From an uncultured delta proteobacterium (GTDB taxonomy: Bacteria; Desulfobacterota; RBG-13-43-22), in contig CAWDKY010000015.1 of NCBI GenBank assembly GCA_963802945.1, positions 352,001-416,000 of the forward strand: a stretch of DNA of 64,000 nt, written 5' to 3'. Positions 58,507 through 64,000 of the stretch are shown piece by piece. Under the pieces are notes generated by a model. That model searched no databases and was not told the DNA's origin. It worked only from the letters and a program-made list of their open reading frames with translations. The position numbers were made by a program, and so were the translations under genes. Within the stretch, counting starts at the first letter, position 1. Each line of letters opens with the position of its first letter.

Positions 58507-60694
58507 CCGCTCCATATCGTTTTGACTTTTCCCGTACAACGGAGATCTTGACCTGCTCAAGGTGTTCCGTCTCTTCGCTAACATGCCGTCCGACAGCCTC
58601 TAGTCCACCGAATTCCTCGATCTTCGAAACAAGTGCTGCTGTTTTTTCTTGAACCGGTCTTGTATTGTCCCAAGTATGGCGAAGGTGCCACACCGCGAGC
58701 CGTGTAAAATGACCATAGATAATGCAGCGAACATCACCGCGTGTTTCCTTTACGCCCGCCTGGCGAAGGTTTCCCACATCATCCCTCACCAGGTCAGCAA
58801 AAGCCATGGGAGTATTAGCTAACCATCGGGCCGGTACGGAGCCGGTGCTTCGACAAACGAAGACCGTATCGACAATAGATGAACCAGTGCCGCTGATATG
58901 GATCGAAGCCCCCATCTCGGCAGGGCAAGGTAACGATGCGGAACAGACCAAGCTGGAATCGAGCATTGCAATAGCGATCGGATAATAGGCTTCGAGACTA
59001 TTGTGATGATAGGTAAACACCATCGGATGGCCGGGCTTTAAGGCTTGCGCCATTTTGCGGAACACGACCGAAAGTCCTTCCGTAAAATAATCGAGCCCCC
59101 GCTTCATATTAACGTTGCCGGTCAATTCCTGTTTGTCGCGCGTCGTACCTCGCGCAAATGCGGGATCGCCCGTACCCACGAGCTTGCGCAGCCATACATA
59201 GCAGAAATCCATCAACTCGGCATACTGCACATTGCTGTAATATGGCGGGTCAGTGAATACCGCATCCACTGACCTAGGTTGAAGGTCCGCTTCCATGGAG
59301 CTTTGGCTAAGAAGCCGCACCTGGCGTCTGATAGGTGGGGAGGTTCCGTTTTTCTGGTCCCCGATCCATTCACCACGAACAGGGACCTGAATCTTGCGGC
59401 CATGTTCGTGCCGTATCTCAAAAGGCGCATCGCAATAAGCTTTGGCTTTATAATATTTTTCGATAATATTGGCCCAGCCGCCGCTCCCCACGTTCATACC
59501 CCCGCCATTTATGATGCCGAGAAAGTTCGACTCGCACTGTACGAGCCCTATAGGGAAACCATGGACTGAAAAGATGTCAAGAGACTTTAGCGCCATTGAA
59601 TCATACCTGCAGAGCATATTCTGATAACGGAGCAGGTCCGAAAGGTTGGTTGCAAGTGCGTTCCGCACACGCTCATCAGAGACATCCGCGATGGCCCGGC
59701 AGCTCAATTCCAGCCCGAGGAGCTGGCGCAAATTGAACATCTCACGATACTTCTGGTACCCCCATCTATGGAGCCGTGCAGTCTCATCGCCACCCAATAT
59801 AATATCATCCGGCACAAACAAGGTCTTCATGCTATTCAACCTGTTTGTGGCCTCCGTATATTTGGCCAGATCGGTTCGCGAGGGCTTCTTAAAGAACCTG
59901 CCCTCGTGCTGTGGTTTGCATTTTTTACAGTGATACTCCATGGCGTACATCCGATGAGTTGGTGGATGCTCGGGCTTGAAGGAGTAAAAGTTTGGCTTGC
60001 CGCAGTGTTTGCACTCGTATTTGCTCCTCTTTGCTGGACCATCAACTAGAATTCGTTCGCCGCATGACTTGCACTTGCCCGGTCGATGTCGATCTTTTAC
60101 TCCGTTCAATTCCCCGCAGGACGCGCACACATATATGTTCTCAGGATGTCGTTTGTCCTCCGCAAGCAGGTACCCAGGAAAAAGATCATTCGCCTTGCCG
60201 CAGTTGGCGCAGGTATGCTGTTTTACCCAGAGGAAATATTTTACATGTGCCTTTCTTGATCCGCACTCAAGACAGGTTGTATGATATAAGCTCCCGATAT
60301 TTTGTTCCAACCCGCTGACAAGCTCATCCGCTGCTTTACGATAGGCCTTTAAGTCCAGGTGTTCAATCTCTTGCCGCACGATCCAGTAGGCCATTGGGTT
60401 GATGTCATAGCCGATCACATCGCATCCAATGCGGTTTGCTTCAACGATAGGGGTACCTCCGCCCATGAAGGGATCGACCACGACAAGGCCGGAGAGGTTA
60501 TTGGAAGAGTAGAAAGTGTCCTGCAGCGGTTTGTTTACAAACTCCGAGAGAAGAAGCCCACGGAAAAGCGTACCCGGTCGCCGCGCAAACCACTTATGCA
60601 CAGCGATAATAGGCCGGTAATTCTGCTGAATTTGCTTTTCATGCAAAGCCAGGGAAGAGATAAATGGTATGTCGAATTTTTTTTCAATGGACAT
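58484..60694 (-). CDS. Amino-DNA methyltransferase (DUF1156-like) with multiple CxxC motifs
   Basis: HKWFARR, motif I DPFMGGG, motif IV TDPPY, six CxxC pairs between the motifs. Confidence 0.88.
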   Translation of the reverse strand: MSIEKKFDIPFISSLALHEKQIQQNYRPIIAVHKWFARRPGTLFRGLLLSEFVNKPLQDTFYSSNNLSGLVVVDPFMGGGTPIVEANRIGCDVIGYDINPMAYWIVRQEIEHLDLKAYRKAADELVSGLEQNIGSLYHTTCLECGSRKAHVKYFLWVKQHTCANCGKANDLFPGYLLAEDKRHPENIYVCASCGELNGVKDRHRPGKCKSCGERILVDGPAKRSKYECKHCGKPNFYSFKPEHPPTHRMYAMEYHCKKCKPQHEGRFFKKPSRTDLAKYTEATNRLNSMKTLFVPDDIILGGDETARLHRWGYQKYREMFNLRQLLGLELSCRAIADVSDERVRNALATNLSDLLRYQNMLCRYDSMALKSLDIFSVHGFPIGLVQCESNFLGIINGGGMNVGSGGWANIIEKYYKAKAYCDAPFEIRHEHGRKIQVPVRGEWIGDQKNGTSPPIRRQVRLLSQSSMEADLQPRSVDAVFTDPPYYSNVQYAELMDFCYVWLRKLVGTGDPAFARGTTRDKQELTGNVNMKRGLDYFTEGLSVVFRKMAQALKPGHPMVFTYHHNSLEAYYPIAIAMLDSSLVCSASLPCPAEMGASIHISGTGSSIVDTVFVCRSTGSVPARWLANTPMAFADLVRDDVGNLRQAGVKETRGDVRCIIYGHFTRLAVWHLRHTWDNTRPVQEKTAALVSKIEEFGGLEAVGRHVSEETEHLEQVKISVVREKSKRYGADDDEIFF

Positions 60695-61067
60695 TGGAAG
60701 TAAGGAAATGTGAGGCTGTCGTTTATTGAAAGAGAGTACATTATTTGCGGGTTAAATGCAAGAGTGTTGAGGTTTATCGAGAAAACTGGCCAAAAAAGAT
60801 CGTTCGGGTTAAAATTAATGAGGAACTTCCATGATGAATTTCCGCAAAGCACCCTGAGAACGAATTTCCCTAACGTTGTTTATACTCTTCCCATCAAAAA
60901 GCTAGTCTTTATCAAAAATACAGTCTGTATAAAATAGGAAACACAGACTGTTCCCCTCTATATACAAAAGTTGGATCAGGTCTTGGAATATAAGCTTTTC
61001 CTTTCAGATTCCTAAACCGTCTTGAAGTTAGTAAGTCTTTATTGATAAATCAAGACCTCTTCCTCCG

Positions 61068-62400
61068 TCACTGTAATATGGGATGTGGCCATAGTTTTAA
61101 AGCATACGGGAAAAGATACTTTGCTCGTTCAACTATAGATTGTTCATCCCATTCAGCTATATTGTAGAAATAATGATTTAGCATAAGAGAAGAATGTAAT
61201 AATTCGGTTTTTTTCGGAATCAAAGGGGCCGTTACTAAGGGCCGTATTTAACGGCTAAGTAACAATGGTCAAGTTTCCTACAGTTTGAATTATTTTGTTT
61301 CTGTATTGAACTTTCTCTTTTATTCTATCCCATGTTTCTGCTTTTTTAACATCGGACGAATAATACCAATCGTCTGTCATGTCGGGCTCAATACTTTCTC
61401 CTTCCAATTTATAATTTGCAGCCCATTTTTGGGGCATAATATGTTCTACCGATGCTTGATCGATAGTTAATGTTTCAGACTTTACTGATCTCAATCTATC
61501 TTCAATCATTCTCATGATGGTCACTAATTGTTGACTGCTTAGATTTCTGTATATTGGTGCATTATGCCATCGTTCAGTAAATGCTTTGTCATCCGGCCAT
61601 TTCTGGTCTCCCCCTTTCCTTGAAGAAGCAATTCCCTTAATCGTTCTCGTGAAATCCCTTCCTTTCTCAATTTACTAACAATTTCTACAAAGAAAATATT
61701 GTACTCTTTTGTCATTTTACTGCAAATAAGTCTTCTAACAATAAACGATTCAAGATCATTTAAACTAAATATTAGATCATCCTTGTCAAAACCGGACTCT
61801 TCAAATAAATATATTACGAGAGGATATACCGTTGAGACATCCCATATTTTCAATCTCCTTGCAAAATCACTGAAATCATCATCACTGGTTGGACCTTCAA
61901 GTAAGTAACGGTATCGCCTTCCATATTGGTTAAAATCAGAGAGTTCATCTTTAACTGTTGCATATGGCTTCGCAAGAGTTATCCAGTCTTTATATTCCAA
62001 ATGAACCCTTTTTGAATCAATGATTTGTCCTTTCTTTGATGAAAGGAATACTCGTGTAACTACATCCAAATGGGACGACCACTGATTCCCTCTTCTGATT
62101 GTTTGATCCCAAAATGACTCTTCAAAATACTTCCAATAATCTTCATAAAGCTTATCTCGATCCTCTATTCCTTGTTCGGCTCTCATGAAAACAAAACTTC
62201 TTAATAGGTCGGATTGACTGAGCGGTTTACCTTGTGAATTAAGGGAATGAAATATTTCTTGAGAGTTATCATTATCGTCGAGCAATATCTCGACAACGGC
62301 AAAATCATCCTTGAGTACTCCAAAAACTTCCATTAATATATCTTCGACAGAATAATTTTCCTCTTCTACTGCCATCATGGAATTAAAAGGAATATACTGG
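61068..62400 (-). pseudogene. GmrSD-like DUF262/DUF1524 protein, truncated and decayed
   Basis: IFHSLNSQGKPLSQSDLLR, SVEHIMPQ, GNLT, LSN; in-frame stop at 61255, frameshifts, N-terminus replaced by IS30 sequence. Confidence 0.82.
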
Positions 62401-63238
62401 TACGATTTCACACAACCCCGGGCCATTGAGCGGCGTCATAAAGCCCGGCATTATCGCCGGCATGATCACCGTACGCTGGTTGAATATGTTGAAGCTAAAA
62501 TCCGTATCGAATGGCCTCCGGAAGTTATTGCTGCTCACCTAAAGCTTGATCACCCAAACGATAAAACCATGCGTATCTGCCAGGAAACTATTTATCGGTG
62601 GATATTTCAAGATGCTCAACAAGGTGGCGATCTCTACTGCTATCAGAGACGCCGTCACAAAAAACGCCGCAAACAAAGACGCTATGGCTCGGGAAGACGT
62701 TTTATCCCTGGGCGTGTTTCCATTGATCAACGTCCATCCCTGGTTGATTTACGCCAACGGTTTGGGGACTGGGAAGGGGACACGCTGGAAGGTGGAAAAG
62801 GAAAAGGGGGCCTGGCCACTCATGTCGAGCGTAAAGGCCGTTATCTATTGGCAGCCAAGCTCTCGGACAAGACCTCCAACACCATGACTCAGCAAAGCAT
62901 TAAATCCTTTCGGAAAGCTCCCCGGACCCTACGCCATACCCTCACCGTTGATAATGGTAAAGAATTTTCTAATTTCAAAGAGCTCGAAAATAAAACCGGG
63001 TTAAAAGTCTATTTCGCAGACCCCTATGCAGCTTGGCAGCGGGGAATCAATGAAAATACAAATGGTCTGTTAAGACAATATTTCCCAAAAGGAACTGATT
63101 TCCAAAAGATATCGGAAAAAGAGATTGCTTTTGTCGTTAAAAAACTAAATAATCGCCCCAGAAAATGTCTCCACTACCAGACCCCTCATGCGGTCTTCTG
63201 TCAGGCTCTTAGTGGTGCACTTTGAAGTAGAATCTGCC
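62395..63238 (+). mobile_element. IS30-family element, 5'-truncated (transposase stop at 63225)
   Basis: [58 protein letters not shown]; right end gtgcactttgaagtagaatctgcc; N-terminal HTH and left end not seen. Confidence 0.92.
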
Positions 63239-63427
63239 TAATATAATTACCATTGAGCCCAAACCTCCCCAATACAATATATCTGACTAAGGCTGTGCAG
63301 TAAGGAACAAGAGGTGTTTTATCGGGTGGATCTTTTGAGATATGGATCTGGGCCATGAATCTCCTCAAGATCTTCAGGAAAGTTTTTGGTAAGAATAAGA
63401 ATGAAAGGAATTATAGAATATAACTGG

Positions 63428-63796
63428 CTAATTTGCAAAGAAATATTTTAAATGCAGGTGGTCCGCTATTTGTGCCAGCTTCTTATCAAGGGTCCAGAGA
63501 GATACGCCCGTCAATACAGCGGAGGCCAGAAGATGAACATCCACGTATCCCAACCCTTTCCCCATTAACCGGTTGTCTTCTATAAATGCCAACACTTCTT
63601 CGTGCTCGGCTACGATACTTATGGGTAACAATTCCAGGTACGAAAGGATGACCGGCCTATTCTTAAGATTACCGCAGGCCAGCTCACCTAAAATAAACGG
63701 ATGGCACAGAACTCTTCCATCATTGAGCAGGGCTGCAAGCTCGGCACTTCCCTTCCGTAGATGGGTAACCCAGACCGAGGTATCGACCAGAACCAT
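63428..63796 (-). CDS. vapC: PIN-domain toxin
   Basis: MVLVDTSVW, GELACG, GYVDVHLL, LWTLDKKL. Confidence 0.92.
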   Translation of the reverse strand: MVLVDTSVWVTHLRKGSAELAALLNDGRVLCHPFILGELACGNLKNRPVILSYLELLPISIVAEHEEVLAFIEDNRLMGKGLGYVDVHLLASAVLTGVSLWTLDKKLAQIADHLHLKYFFAN

Positions 63797-63799
63797 CGC

Positions 63800-63994
63800 T
63801 TAGACGGCACCCCTTCTTCTCGGTATGGCCTTCAACTGCTTTTGAGTCCCACCCAGCTTGGCCAGCCTCCTGGCGCCTTCTCTGGCGATGAGCGCCTCAA
63901 GCCCGAGCTTAACGAGGGTGGTTTTTTCCTTTATTCCCGTCAGACTGGAGGCTTTGTCCATCAGGTTATCCTCGATATTCAAAGTTGTTCTCAC
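63800..63994 (-). CDS. vapB: VapB-family antitoxin
   Basis: MRTTLNIED.L..A..LTGIKEKT...LAKLGG, immediately upstream of vapC. Confidence 0.9.
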   Translation of the reverse strand: MRTTLNIEDNLMDKASSLTGIKEKTTLVKLGLEALIAREGARRLAKLGGTQKQLKAIPRRRGAV

Positions 63995-64000
63995 GGTTTC

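Noticed and set aside
61255-61257. In-frame TAG in the GmrSD-like gene as pyrrolysine recoding
   Set aside because: The gene is also truncated and frameshifted, so ordinary decay explains it.

Overview
The window looks like anaerobic Deltaproteobacteria/Desulfobacterota-type DNA (inferred from gene content). The left half (1-32 kb) is mostly acyl-CoA metabolism: two tandem thiolases, an SCP2 protein, a TPP-enzyme/Fe-S/CoA-transferase operon, ilvC, paired acyl-CoA dehydrogenases, two AcdA-like ligases, a 2-hydroxyacyl-CoA dehydratase with activase, a Na+-decarboxylase beta subunit, aroF and an OleA/FabH-like synthase. The middle (32-46 kb) holds envelope genes (GT22-like glycosyltransferase, algI/algJ), IS91-like debris and a Tat/Fe-S operon. 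Two features stand out. (1) Between about 46.8 and 57.4 kb, seven co-oriented copies plus one collapsed copy of a 49-bp hairpin (GGGGACGGTTCT-GATTATTTATTATTTCGCCTTAAAG-AGAACCGTCCCC) separate unrelated short gene units, and one gene occurs twice; this resembles a cassette array that is neither an integron nor CRISPR. (2) One unit encodes a MerB-like protein with in-frame UGA at both catalytic Cys positions and a clear SECIS-like hairpin after the second, i.e. a probable double-selenocysteine protein. There are also three scattered attC-like sites with no integrase, and a right-end defence cluster (Cys-rich MTase + PD-(D/E)XK nuclease, IS30-truncated GmrSD-like gene, vapBC). Many single-base frameshifts, including one in ilvC, suggest assembly errors. 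All calls come from reading motifs by eye; no database searches were run.
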